Assembly: GCA_964428615.1 (NCBI GenBank)
Contig: CAYRXZ010000003.1
Coordinates: forward strand, 1 to 61,268
Direction of reading: 5' to 3'
Length of the DNA: 61,268 nt
Origin: an uncultured Candidatus Saccharibacteria bacterium
Lineage (GTDB): Bacteria; Patescibacteriota; Minisyncoccia; UBA6257; UBA9933
Position 1 is the stretch's first letter, and the number at the start of each line of letters is the position of its first letter. The notes beneath the pieces are model-generated. The model was not told the origin of the DNA and did no database searches. It was given only the letters and a program-made list of their open reading frames with translations. Below, one piece after another: positions 9,577 through 18,239 of this stretch. Position numbers and translations under genes: made by a program.

Positions 9577-10588
9577 AAAAATATTTATTTACCTTTATTT
9601 AGAGTTTTATAATTTTTTAGGAGGTTTTCTTTATAAAAATATTGGTACCGGCCTGCTCTCCTCATATGACAATCAAAAAAAAACACTTAAATCGCTTGGC
9701 ATAAAATTCACGGAAAAATGGGACGACTCTTGCGATATTTTACAAATAAACACACCATGGTTTAAATCGCTTTGGTTTATTAAAAAGGCTAAAAAATTAA
9801 ATAAGAAAGTTATAATTTTGTCTCATGTTACCGCCGAAGACGCCAGAGATGTTTTTTGGTTTAATAAATATTTTTTCCCATTAATCAAAAAATATCTTGT
9901 TTATACTTATGGCTTGGCAGATTTTATTTTAGCTCCCAGTGAATATACAAAATCTTTACTTGTGAATTATGGTTTGCCGGCTGAAAAAATTATTGTCCAG
10001 TCAAACGGCGTGGATATGGATTTTATTTATCCTGACGCGCGTAAACGCGCCGAATACCGCCAAAAATACGATTGCCAAGGATTTACTATCGGCACGGTCG
10101 GGCTTGTTATCCCGCGAAAAGGAATTGATGCGTTTTTAGCGACTGCGGAAAAATTTCCAAAAAATAAATTTATTTGGTTTGGCAAAATTTACAGCGCTTT
10201 AATGGCAAAATCTTTGCCGAAAAATCTGCCGGCTAATGTAAAATTCACCGGATATGTTGAAGATCGCAATGCAGCCTTTAATACCCTGGACACATTTATC
10301 TTTCCGTCTTATGAAGAAAATCAAGGCATGGTTATTTTGGAAGCCGCAGCGATGGGCTTACCTATTATTGTCCGCGATATTCCGGTTTATAATCCATGGC
10401 TTAAACACGGCATTAATTGCCTTAAAGCCAAAAATAACGAGGAATTTAAAATTCATCTTAAAAATATCATCAAAGACAAAAAATTGCGGGAAAAATTAAG
10501 CAAAGGCGCGTTGAAACTCGCCGAAAGCGAAGACATTAAAACTCAAAATAAAAAACTACTTGAGACTTACCAAAAACTTTTGGTATAA
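9569..10588 (+). CDS. Glycosyltransferase family 4/GT1-fold
   Basis: PSYEENQGMVILEAAAMGLPIIVRD (the EX7E motif of retaining GT-B enzymes). 8-nt overlap with the upstream GT4. Confidence 0.8.
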   Translation: MDKKIFIYLYLEFYNFLGGFLYKNIGTGLLSSYDNQKKTLKSLGIKFTEKWDDSCDILQINTPWFKSLWFIKKAKKLNKKVIILSHVTAEDARDVFWFNKYFFPLIKKYLVYTYGLADFILAPSEYTKSLLVNYGLPAEKIIVQSNGVDMDFIYPDARKRAEYRQKYDCQGFTIGTVGLVIPRKGIDAFLATAEKFPKNKFIWFGKIYSALMAKSLPKNLPANVKFTGYVEDRNAAFNTLDTFIFPSYEENQGMVILEAAAMGLPIIVRDIPVYNPWLKHGINCLKAKNNEEFKIHLKNIIKDKKLREKLSKGALKLAESEDIKTQNKKLLETYQKLLV

Positions 10589-10600
10589 TAAATAATTAAA

Positions 10601-11239
10601 ATGTTCAAAAAAATTATTGATAAAAATAAAATATACTGGTCGCAAAAAGAATTTGTCGGTTCAATAATCACTGGTGTTTTATTTTTAACCGCGAGTTTGT
10701 TTATTAATTATTCCGCCGGCAGCTTTGCTACCCAAAAAGCGGGCAATGGGGTCACAGATCTTTTCCTTGATAATGTTCCACTTATAGATATGGGATTTTT
10801 ACTTGTTTATGGAGCGCTGGTACTCTTAATTTTTATTTTAATAATTATCGTCTGCGAGCCGCATTATTTGCCATTTACCCTTAAAGCTCTTGCTATGTTT
10901 GTTCTTATTAGGTCTATTTTTATTGTTTTAACACACATTGGCCCTTATTATGAATTTGCTCCGCTTCCACCGAATAAATTAATGGGCACAATAGCATTTG
11001 GCGGAGACCTTTTTTTCTCGGGTCATACCGGCATTCCATTTTTAATGGCTTTGATTTTTTGGAGATTCGTCAGTCTGCGATTTATATTTATCGCCATTTC
11101 CGTAATTTTCGGAATCAGTGTTCTTTTAAGCCACATTCACTATTCAATAGATGTCGTCGCCGCATTTTTCATCACTTACGCCATCTTTGAAATGGCAAAA
11201 AACTTCTTTCCTAAAAGTTATAAATTGATTTCGGAGTAA
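10601..11239 (+). CDS. PAP2_C / sphingomyelin-synthase-like membrane phosphotransferase
   Basis: GGDLFFSGHTG and SHIHYSIDVVAAFFITY match the SMS D3 (C-G-D-x3-S-G-H-T) and D4 (H-Y-T-x-D-V) motifs. Six predicted TM helices. Confidence 0.65.
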   Translation: MFKKIIDKNKIYWSQKEFVGSIITGVLFLTASLFINYSAGSFATQKAGNGVTDLFLDNVPLIDMGFLLVYGALVLLIFILIIIVCEPHYLPFTLKALAMFVLIRSIFIVLTHIGPYYEFAPLPPNKLMGTIAFGGDLFFSGHTGIPFLMALIFWRFVSLRFIFIAISVIFGISVLLSHIHYSIDVVAAFFITYAIFEMAKNFFPKSYKLISE

Positions 11240-11380
11240 AATCTACCCATGCCCCGCGAGGCAACGACGATATTAATTTTTAGGCAACTCACAATAGAAG
11301 TGCTTAAATTCAAAATCTGATTATAAAAATAATCTAGTTTAATTTCTTTGAAAAATTGTGTTGCTTCCATTGTCGTTGCT

Positions 11381-12397
11381 CTACGGAGCGTGCCTTATCT
11401 CCAAAACATCCCCGTCTTGCACGACATAGTCTTTGCCTTCCAGTCTTAACCAGCCTTTTTGTTTTGCCGCGATCCAAGAGCCCGTCTCAATAAGTTTTTG
11501 CCAATTTACAGTTTCGGCGCGGATAAATTTATTTTCAAAATCAGTATGGATTTCCCCAGCTGCTTTTGGCGCTTTAGCTCCCCTTCTAATGGTCCAGGCG
11601 CGAGTTTCGTCTTCTCCTGTTGTCAAAAAACTTATTAAATCCAGAATTTCATACGCTTTTTGAATTAACTTATTTATACTATCGGAATCCGCTTCCGCCA
11701 AATTAATTATCAAATAATCCGCTCCTAAAGATTTTATTCGCTCCTTAAGTTCATCATTAACATCTTCCGGCGCGCCGTTTAATAAGTAAATCTGCGGCTT
11801 AACTGCCAGCAAATTCATTTCTTTGACTATCGGTTCTTCCAATAAATCTTTATCTAAATTAAAAAGTAAATTTCCCTTATTTAATTCTTCGCGGATTTTT
11901 TTCAAAATCTCAAAATCTTTGGCTTTTTGTTTATCTCCGCTTCTTGCTTCACCTTCAAGTTTGCTAAGTCGTTTTTCAACGCCGTCCAAATCTTTAAAAA
12001 TCAATTCGGCATTTATAGTTTCCAAGTCTCTTATCGGGTTAACTTTTTCTTCAATATGAATAATTTCAGAAGATTCAAAACAACGTACAACTTCAACAAT
12101 CGCCGCTACGTCGCGAATATGAGAAAGAAATTGATTTCCCAGCCCTTCACCTTTATAAGCGCCCCTAACCAAGCCGGCAATGTCATAAAATTCAACAACC
12201 GCTGGAATTGTTTTTTTTGACTTGCTAAGTTTTGTAAGCTTATCTAGCCGTTCGTCAGGAACTGCAACCACGCCCACATTTGGATCTATTGTGGCAAAAG
12301 GATAATTAGCAACGTTAATTTCCTGATTCGTTAGCGTCTTAAAAAGCAAAGATTTACCGACATTCGGCAAACCCACTATCCCAATAGAAAGTTTCAT
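11381..12397 (-). CDS. ychF: Ribosome-binding ATPase YchF
   Basis: GIVGLPNVGKSLLF, NYPFATIDPNVG, C-terminal TGS-like domain (RAWTIRRGAKAP.AAG.IH.DF). Confidence 0.92.
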   Translation of the reverse strand: MKLSIGIVGLPNVGKSLLFKTLTNQEINVANYPFATIDPNVGVVAVPDERLDKLTKLSKSKKTIPAVVEFYDIAGLVRGAYKGEGLGNQFLSHIRDVAAIVEVVRCFESSEIIHIEEKVNPIRDLETINAELIFKDLDGVEKRLSKLEGEARSGDKQKAKDFEILKKIREELNKGNLLFNLDKDLLEEPIVKEMNLLAVKPQIYLLNGAPEDVNDELKERIKSLGADYLIINLAEADSDSINKLIQKAYEILDLISFLTTGEDETRAWTIRRGAKAPKAAGEIHTDFENKFIRAETVNWQKLIETGSWIAAKQKGWLRLEGKDYVVQDGDVLEIRHAP

Positions 12398-12559
12398 GTT
12401 GTAAAATTAACAGATTTAAGGGGTGTTTTCAATGGGCTTTTATTCAATTGTTTAAAATAATATTTATGATAAGCTATTTATAAATAGAATAAAAAGTGGA
12501 TATAATAGCAAGTTGGTGATAGATCTTTAATAGTTTAAAAAAGGGAGGAGGGCATAATT

Positions 12560-13369
12560 ATGAGGACGAAATTGGTACTTGTGGTGAATCTGGTTTTTTT
12601 CCTGACTTTATCGCTCTTTTTTATCTCGGTAGCCGACGCGGCAGAAAAAGATAAGCAACCGACGATAAAAAACGCTTTGTCGGAATTACCCGAAGAAGTA
12701 CAAAAAATGCGGGCAATATTCAACGAGACGGTTGGCGGTGAAGTCGCGGCGGACACAGATTATCTAAATCAACTTTCTCAAGACGCGGCCCGAAAATTTT
12801 TATCTTTAAGTGAGGAAACAAAACTGTCGCAGTATTTTTTATACGTTGACCGCAACCCCAGTAAACAAATCGCTTTTGTCGGATTTTTTAACGCAACGGA
12901 CGGAAACGTGGCAATCATCGGACTAGATAAAATTTCTTCCGGCAACGAGAAGCGGAAGGGATTTTTTATCACACCTATAGGTGTTTTCAGAAATTCGCCG
13001 GACTTTATCAGTTATCGCGCCTTGGGAACAAAAAATGAGAAGGGCTGGCGGGGACTAGGCACTAAAGGTAGTCGGGTTTGGGATTTTGGCTGGCAAAAAA
13101 CCACAAAAAACGGCGAGGAAAGAATGATAAGGTTTCTACTTCACGCTACTGATCCGATCTTTGGAGAAAAAAGATTGGGCAAAATCGACTCCAAGGGTTG
13201 TATCAGAATTTCGGGTAAGTTTAATCAGTTTTTGGACCATCATGGCCTGCTGGACAGAGAATACGAAGCGCAAAAGGATAAAAAAAGGATTTCCTGGATA
13301 TTTAAATCTAATCGCGAGCCAGCTCTTTTTGCCGGTCAATATCTACTGATCGGCGATTCTTCTCAATAA
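12560..13369 (+). CDS. Secreted L,D-transpeptidase (YkuD)-like protein
   Basis: Signal peptide. Catalytic-type motif LLHATDP...GKIDSKGCIRIS (H-x(n)-S-x-G-C-x-R). Strong GGGAGGAGGG Shine-Dalgarno. Confidence 0.65.
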   Translation: MRTKLVLVVNLVFFLTLSLFFISVADAAEKDKQPTIKNALSELPEEVQKMRAIFNETVGGEVAADTDYLNQLSQDAARKFLSLSEETKLSQYFLYVDRNPSKQIAFVGFFNATDGNVAIIGLDKISSGNEKRKGFFITPIGVFRNSPDFISYRALGTKNEKGWRGLGTKGSRVWDFGWQKTTKNGEERMIRFLLHATDPIFGEKRLGKIDSKGCIRISGKFNQFLDHHGLLDREYEAQKDKKRISWIFKSNREPALFAGQYLLIGDSSQ

Positions 13370-13387
13370 ATATTATCTTATAGCAAT

Positions 13388-13426
13388 AGCGCGGAAAGAT
13401 TTTAATAATCTATCCGCGCTTTTTAT
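13388..13426 (+). terminator. Rho-independent terminator
   Basis: 8-bp GC-rich stem AGCGCGGA/TCCGCGCT (13388-13395 / 13413-13420), followed by TTTTTATTTTT. Confidence 0.8.
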
Positions 13427-13490
13427 TTTTAATAAATAACACGCGCCACTAACAATATCTATATATCTATTCATGTCACAGCCATGCCAA

Positions 13491-13519
13491 TTGAAAGTTT
13501 CATGGTTTTATGGTATATT
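13491..13519 (+). promoter_or_regulatory. Candidate sigma70 promoter with extended -10 for the SPFH gene
   Basis: TTGAAA-N17-TATATT with TGg immediately upstream of the -10 (TGGTATATT). Confidence 0.55.
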
Positions 13520-13564
13520 TTAAATTATAAATCAAGGTCGGGAAAATTAATTAAAAATCATCAA

Positions 13565-13606
13565 TCCTTCGATGTAACTCGGGATTGTCCTGAGCCTGCC
13601 GAAGGA
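13565..13606 (+). promoter_or_regulatory. 5'-leader hairpin sequestering the Shine-Dalgarno of the SPFH gene
   Basis: TCCTTCG (13565-13571) pairs with CGAAGGA (13600-13606). GAAGGA is the only SD-like element, 7 nt from ATG 13614. Confidence 0.4.
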
Positions 13607-13613
13607 CAAAAAT

Positions 13614-14384
13614 ATGCCAAATATAATTTGGACAATTTCAGGAATAGTTATCTTTTTAATTTTAATCTCCATTAAACAGATTAACCAGTATCAAAAGGGA
13701 GTTAAATTTAAATTGGGAAAGTACATTGGCCTAATGGAGCCCGGCTGGAGACTGGTTTGGCCAGTAATTAATTCTTATCAAAAAGTTGATTTAAGAGTAA
13801 AAGCTGTTGACGTGCCAAATCAGGAGGCAATCACCAAAGACAATATCTCGGTTAGCGTTAACGCGGTTATTTATTATAAAGTCCATGAAGCTGATAAGGC
13901 GATTATAGAGGTAGAAGATTTTTACTACGCTATTTCACAATTAGCCCAAACAACAATGCGAAATGCCGTAGGCCAAGTAGACTTAGACGACCTTCTTTCC
14001 CAGCGAGATAGGGTTTCTGAGAATATTCGATTGATTATTGATAGAGCGACCGACCCCTGGGGAATAAAAGTTCTTAATGTTGAGTTAAAAGACATAACAC
14101 TGCCGGAAGAAATGAAAAGAATAATCGGGAAGCAGGCCGAGGCGGAAAGAGAAAAAAGAGCCTTAATTATTAAGGCTGAAGGGGAAGTAGTCGCCGCCAG
14201 CAATATGGCTAAGGCCGCCCAAACTTTATCCGGGTCCGAAGGAGCTCTTCATTTGAGAACTCTTCAATCAATAAATGATGTAAGTTCTGATAAATCAAAT
14301 ACTATTATTTTTGCAGTGCCGTTGGAAGTTCTTAGAGCCTTTGAAAGGTTTGGAAAAAAATTATCGGATAAGTACAAGGCATAA
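13614..14384 (+). CDS. SPFH/band-7 (stomatin-like) membrane protein
   Basis: N-terminal TM helix, then the stomatin core (Q.GV.F.LGKY...EPG....P...S..KVDLR...DVP.QE.ITKDN). Confidence 0.88.
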   Translation: MPNIIWTISGIVIFLILISIKQINQYQKGVKFKLGKYIGLMEPGWRLVWPVINSYQKVDLRVKAVDVPNQEAITKDNISVSVNAVIYYKVHEADKAIIEVEDFYYAISQLAQTTMRNAVGQVDLDDLLSQRDRVSENIRLIIDRATDPWGIKVLNVELKDITLPEEMKRIIGKQAEAEREKRALIIKAEGEVVAASNMAKAAQTLSGSEGALHLRTLQSINDVSSDKSNTIIFAVPLEVLRAFERFGKKLSDKYKA

Positions 14385-14438
14385 TTATATAAATAAGAAT
14401 TCAAGGTCGAAAAACGAATTAAATTTGATTATAAAAAT

Positions 14439-14627
14439 ATGTTTGAAAAATTATTTGGTAAAAATGACGCTGAAAACCCTGAAATTAAAGAGCCCGAAAC
14501 GCCAGTTGAAACAAAAAGAATGGTTGGAATTGATCCTCAAACTGGCGTGGTAATGACAGAAAAAGAAGTCAAAGAAGAAATAAAAAATAGACAAGAGAAC
14601 CCTGATCATTTTCGCGATTTAAGATAA
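14439..14627 (+). CDS. Small acidic hypothetical protein
   Basis: 62-aa ORF with coherent composition; 3' end overlaps the convergent gene by 9 nt. No family recognised. Confidence 0.4.
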   Translation: MFEKLFGKNDAENPEIKEPETPVETKRMVGIDPQTGVVMTEKEVKEEIKNRQENPDHFRDLR

Positions 14628-14954
14628 AGACTCTTCCATTTCGGAAATAATTTCCGCCGGCAAAGGTTCTCCGGGTTTAGTTATCCCCGGATACCGCCAG
14701 GCGGAAATTATTTTTGTAGTAATATCATATTTTTGATTTTTTATTTTTGATTTTTTATTTTTTACTATCATCACCCATATTTCATGTGGGTGTTTTTTAC
14801 TTCCGGCAGCTTGCATCATCGCTACTGTATTTGGCGCTATACCGGTTTCTATCCTTTTGGGAGAATTTAAAACCCGCCTAACTCTTTGTTTAGACAGGCC
14901 GTGAAACCTCATCTTTACTTCTGAATGTTTAGTCCAGAGTGTATTAAGATACAT
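14619..14954 (-). CDS. Hypothetical protein (111 aa from ATG 14954)
   Basis: The track start 14987 is TTG; ATG 14954 (MYLNTLW..) is preferred. Contains a 2x14-nt tandem duplication (14734-14761) encoding KNKKSKIKNQK. Confidence 0.5.
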   Translation of the reverse strand: MYLNTLWTKHSEVKMRFHGLSKQRVRRVLNSPKRIETGIAPNTVAMMQAAGSKKHPHEIWVMIVKNKKSKIKNQKYDITTKIISAWRYPGITKPGEPLPAEIISEMEESLS

Positions 14955-14996
14955 TTCTAGTAGTAGAAACTCGACCACCCAAAACAAAGCAAGCCG

Positions 14997-15023
14997 AATA
15001 TTCTTTATTTAATAAAGAATATT
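14997..15023. promoter_or_regulatory. Perfect 27-bp palindrome (candidate operator)
   Basis: AATATTCTTTATT-T-AATAAAGAATATT: 13-bp arms with no mismatch, 43 nt upstream of ATG 14954. Confidence 0.45.
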
Positions 15024-15102
15024 TTATCATAATAATGACTTAAAATCACTAAAAAGCTTTGTTTTGCGAGGCGAGCTTTTGTCGAGTTCTAACTACCGGA
15101 TA

Positions 15103-15225
15103 CTATCTGCGACTCTTTTTCTTAGCCGCTCTTTTAGATTTCTTAGTTACTTTCTTTTTTGAAGCTTTTTTAGCAACTTTCTTTACGGCTTTTTTTACAA
15201 CTTTCTTTACTTTTTTCTTAGCCAT
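15103..15225 (-). CDS. 40-aa lysine-rich basic micro-protein (candidate)
   Basis: ATG 15225 to TAG 15103 encodes MAKKKVKKVVKKAVKKVAKKASKKKVTKKSKRAAKKKSRR. The 75-aa Phe-rich plus-strand ORF in the track is its antisense shadow. No clear SD. Confidence 0.45.
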   Translation of the reverse strand: MAKKKVKKVVKKAVKKVAKKASKKKVTKKSKRAAKKKSRR

Positions 15226-15356
15226 TTTATTTTTTTATAAATTAATTTTTTCGACCTTTAAGATTAATTTCATTTTTTATTTATAAATCTATCTATACTT
15301 TAATTTTACAATAAATTTGCTATACTTGTAATGTTAATAACTCAAATTAAAACATT

Positions 15357-17255
15357 ATGGCAAATATAAATAAAATTATTCCATGGGCTTTTGTTTTTTT
15401 ATTAATTGCTTCTTCGTTTGGCTTAATGGCTTATTCTTCAAACCAAGAATCGGCAATTATGGATGAACTCGCGCATATTCCTGCCGGATACGGCTATGTA
15501 AAATATCTTGATTACCGGCTAAACCCCGAGCATCCGCCATTGGTTAAGGCTATAGCGGCGATTCCACTACTTTTTCAAAATCTAAACTTCCCCACAGATA
15601 AATCATCTTGGTTAAGCGATGTTAACGGCCAATGGACGGCTGGAGCGCAATTTCTTTACGAATCGGGTAACAACGCCGACCAAATAATCCAAAACTCGCG
15701 TTTCGGACCAATACTTCTAACTCTTATTTTAATATTATTTATTTATATCTGGTCCAAGGAATTAATCGGCCGCTGGTGGGCGCTTCTACCAACCTTTCTT
15801 TTTGCCATGTCGCCAACCGTTTTGGCGCACGGACATTACGTAACAACCGATTTAGGCGCGGCATTGGGGATATTTATATCCACTTATTATTTTGTAAAAT
15901 TTCTTATTCATTCAAATAAGTGGAATCTCGTTTGGGCGGGATTGGCTTTTGGCATCGCTCAATTGATGAAATTCTCCGCGGTTCTGCTTATCCCCTTTCT
16001 TGGAATTTTGGTAATAATTTTTTCTCTTTTTGTACTGCGAGAAAAAAGATTTGCTTCTTTAATAAAATATTGTCTTGCTACGGCTCTTATTTTTGCTATC
16101 GGTTTCATTTTAGTTTATGCCGTTTATTTACCATTTATTCTTAATTACCCTATCGAAAAACAAAAAGCTGATACAGAATTTATTCTTACTTCATTCGCGG
16201 GCGGAAATGACGGCGGTTTGCAAACTTGTAAAGGAATACGGTGTCTTGCCGACATAAACATTATGATGACAGAAAATAAAGTATTACGGCCGCTTGGCGA
16301 ATATATGCTCGGCGTCTTAATGGTTTTGCAACGCTCTTCTGGAGGTAATACTTCTTATTTCTTGGGCGAAGTTTCAGCTGCGGGATGGTGGTACTATTTC
16401 CCGGTAGTTTTCGCCCTAAAAGAACAAATTGCTTCGCTGATTTTAATCGCTTTCTCGCTTATTTTATCCATTTGGCATATTGTGAAAAATATCAAGTATC
16501 AAGTATCAAGTATCAAGTATAAATTTTTAGATTATCTCTCAACTCATTTTTCTGAATTTTCAATGATGCTTTTTGTAGTATTTTATTGGGTTTATAGTAT
16601 GAAAAGCCCGTTAAATATCGGTGTTCGCCACATTTTACCTACCCTGCCGTTTATTTACATTTTAACCGCATCGGGAATTAAAAGATGGCTTAATAATGGT
16701 AGTTTTAATCAAAGAGAAAATTTTGAAGTGAAAATTAAAAATTTTAAAAATGATTTCTTAAAAATATCGTTTAAGGGAGTTTTTGTCGGCGCGATTGTCG
16801 TTTGGTACCTTGCTGAAACTTTACTCGTCGCTCCTAATTTTATTTCTTATTTTAATGAATTCGGCGGAGGAACAAAAAACGGCTACCAATACGTAACCGA
16901 TTCAAACTATGATTGGGGGCAAGACCTAACGAAGTTAAAAAAGTTTATTGCGGCATGGGAAATAGGAAATAATGCGAAAATAGATAAAGTTGCTGTTGAA
17001 TACTTCGGCGGAGGAAGTCCGACTTATTATTTAGGCGATAAATTTGAAGCTTGGCAATCTTCTAAAGGCAGCCCTGCAGACGCCGACATATATTGGCTTG
17101 CGATTTCCATAAACAATCTTCAAGGCGCGTTAGGCAGACTCGCTCCGGGCCAAAATCGCAATCCCGAAGACGAATACCAATGGCTAACAAAAATAAAAAA
17201 TCCGTATCAACCGGATTACAAAGCAGGGACCTCGATATTTATTTATAAATTATAA
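15357..17255 (+). CDS. GT39/ArnT-like polyprenyl-phosphate-dependent membrane glycosyltransferase
   Basis: The first loop motif DELAHIPAGY...NPEHPPLVK is typical of the PMT/ArnT (GT-C) family. More than 10 TM helices and a C-terminal periplasmic domain. Confidence 0.8.
   Translation: MANINKIIPWAFVFLLIASSFGLMAYSSNQESAIMDELAHIPAGYGYVKYLDYRLNPEHPPLVKAIAAIPLLFQNLNFPTDKSSWLSDVNGQWTAGAQFLYESGNNADQIIQNSRFGPILLTLILILFIYIWSKELIGRWWALLPTFLFAMSPTVLAHGHYVTTDLGAALGIFISTYYFVKFLIHSNKWNLVWAGLAFGIAQLMKFSAVLLIPFLGILVIIFSLFVLREKRFASLIKYCLATALIFAIGFILVYAVYLPFILNYPIEKQKADTEFILTSFAGGNDGGLQTCKGIRCLADINIMMTENKVLRPLGEYMLGVLMVLQRSSGGNTSYFLGEVSAAGWWYYFPVVFALKEQIASLILIAFSLILSIWHIVKNIKYQVSSIKYKFLDYLSTHFSEFSMMLFVVFYWVYSMKSPLNIGVRHILPTLPFIYILTASGIKRWLNNGSFNQRENFEVKIKNFKNDFLKISFKGVFVGAIVVWYLAETLLVAPNFISYFNEFGGGTKNGYQYVTDSNYDWGQDLTKLKKFIAAWEIGNNAKIDKVAVEYFGGGSPTYYLGDKFEAWQSSKGSPADADIYWLAISINNLQGALGRLAPGQNRNPEDEYQWLTKIKNPYQPDYKAGTSIFIYKL
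16491..16520 (+). repeat. Perfect heptanucleotide tandem repeat (ATCAAGT x4.3) inside the GT39 CDS
   Basis: Read directly: atcaagt atcaagt atcaagt atcaagt at. Encodes IKYQVSSIKYK. Confidence 0.95.
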
Positions 17256-17290
17256 ATAAAAAAACGCCTAAATTCTAAATCCTAAATTCT

Positions 17291-18172
17291 CTATTTAGGT
17301 TTAAAATACGCCCTATTCTCTACTCTAAAATCAATGTAATCGATTTTTTGCAGGCCGGTTTTTTTTAAATCGTTAATTGCCGCTAAAGTAAACCCGGGAT
17401 TAAACCTCAAACTAAAATATATTTTGGGTAATGATGTTTGTGGTTGGTCAAAAACAATTTCTTGAAAAGCGAGATTTTCTAATTCTAAAGCTCTTATTCC
17501 AAGTCCCGACCTTTCAAGAATACTAAAAATTTCAATTAAATTTGGAGTTAAATTTTCATTAAGAATAAAATCTCCCAATTTTAAATTTCTACCCGAAAAA
17601 TCATCAACTTTATTTATGGCATTGCCTTCAATTTCCGGCGCTACCGCGAAAAGAGCGCCATTTTTATCAAACCACCAACACGCAGATTCCCGTAAATTAA
17701 CGGGTTGATTTTCGCTGATACTATTATTATCTGTGTCATTCTGTGTATAATCAGCGCTTGTTTGCGCCTGAAAAGAACACCATACTCCAAACTTTTCTCT
17801 TAATTTCACACTTATGTTAATTGTTCTTTCAATATAGTCTTTTTTAAAATTTATTTCGGCAATTTCCGGACTCTTTTCAAGTTTCGTTAATTTATTGGCA
17901 TTCCAAACTAAAATATTATCTGCGCCAAGAAATTTAGTTATTCTCGATTGATTGCCGAAAAAATCTTTTAAATTACTTATCAGACTCGCGTCAAGTTGCG
18001 CGTTATCAATGCTTATGTGTGTAATGTGAAACATCGACGAATACACAACTATATAAAGAACTCCGCCAAATAAAATCAAAAAACTCGCCACTCCAGCGAT
18101 GATTTTATATTTAAGGAATTTTCTATCTTCCCTTTTATATTTTTTATTAAAATTAATATATGTGGGAGTCAT
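17291..18172 (-). CDS. ftsQ: FtsQ/DivIB-like cell-division protein (TM + POTRA)
   Basis: Basic N-terminus, a single TM helix, then a POTRA-like I.HISIDN....S.I......G......L......L.....P.I....F.K.Y..T..I.V..REK.G.W. Confidence 0.6.
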   Translation of the reverse strand: MTPTYINFNKKYKREDRKFLKYKIIAGVASFLILFGGVLYIVVYSSMFHITHISIDNAQLDASLISNLKDFFGNQSRITKFLGADNILVWNANKLTKLEKSPEIAEINFKKDYIERTINISVKLREKFGVWCSFQAQTSADYTQNDTDNNSISENQPVNLRESACWWFDKNGALFAVAPEIEGNAINKVDDFSGRNLKLGDFILNENLTPNLIEIFSILERSGLGIRALELENLAFQEIVFDQPQTSLPKIYFSLRFNPGFTLAAINDLKKTGLQKIDYIDFRVENRAYFKPK

Positions 18173-18239
18173 TTTAAATTTGTCTATAAAAAAAGAGCTT
18201 AAATTATTGTCAAAATAAAAGTATAATCTACCTAATAGT

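Noticed and set aside
13484-13675. 63-aa ORF overlapping the start of the SPFH gene.
   Set aside because: It covers the predicted promoter and leader and overlaps the well-supported stomatin-like CDS in another frame.
14311-14553. 80-aa plus-strand ORF bridging the end of the SPFH gene and the small acidic ORF.
   Set aside because: It overlaps two better-supported frames and has an odd basic low-complexity composition.
15059-15286. 75-aa Phe/Leu/Thr-rich plus-strand ORF.
   Set aside because: It is the antisense shadow of the AAG/AAA-rich minus-strand micro-ORF (15103-15225). Its TTG start and FFFxxF composition are not protein-like.
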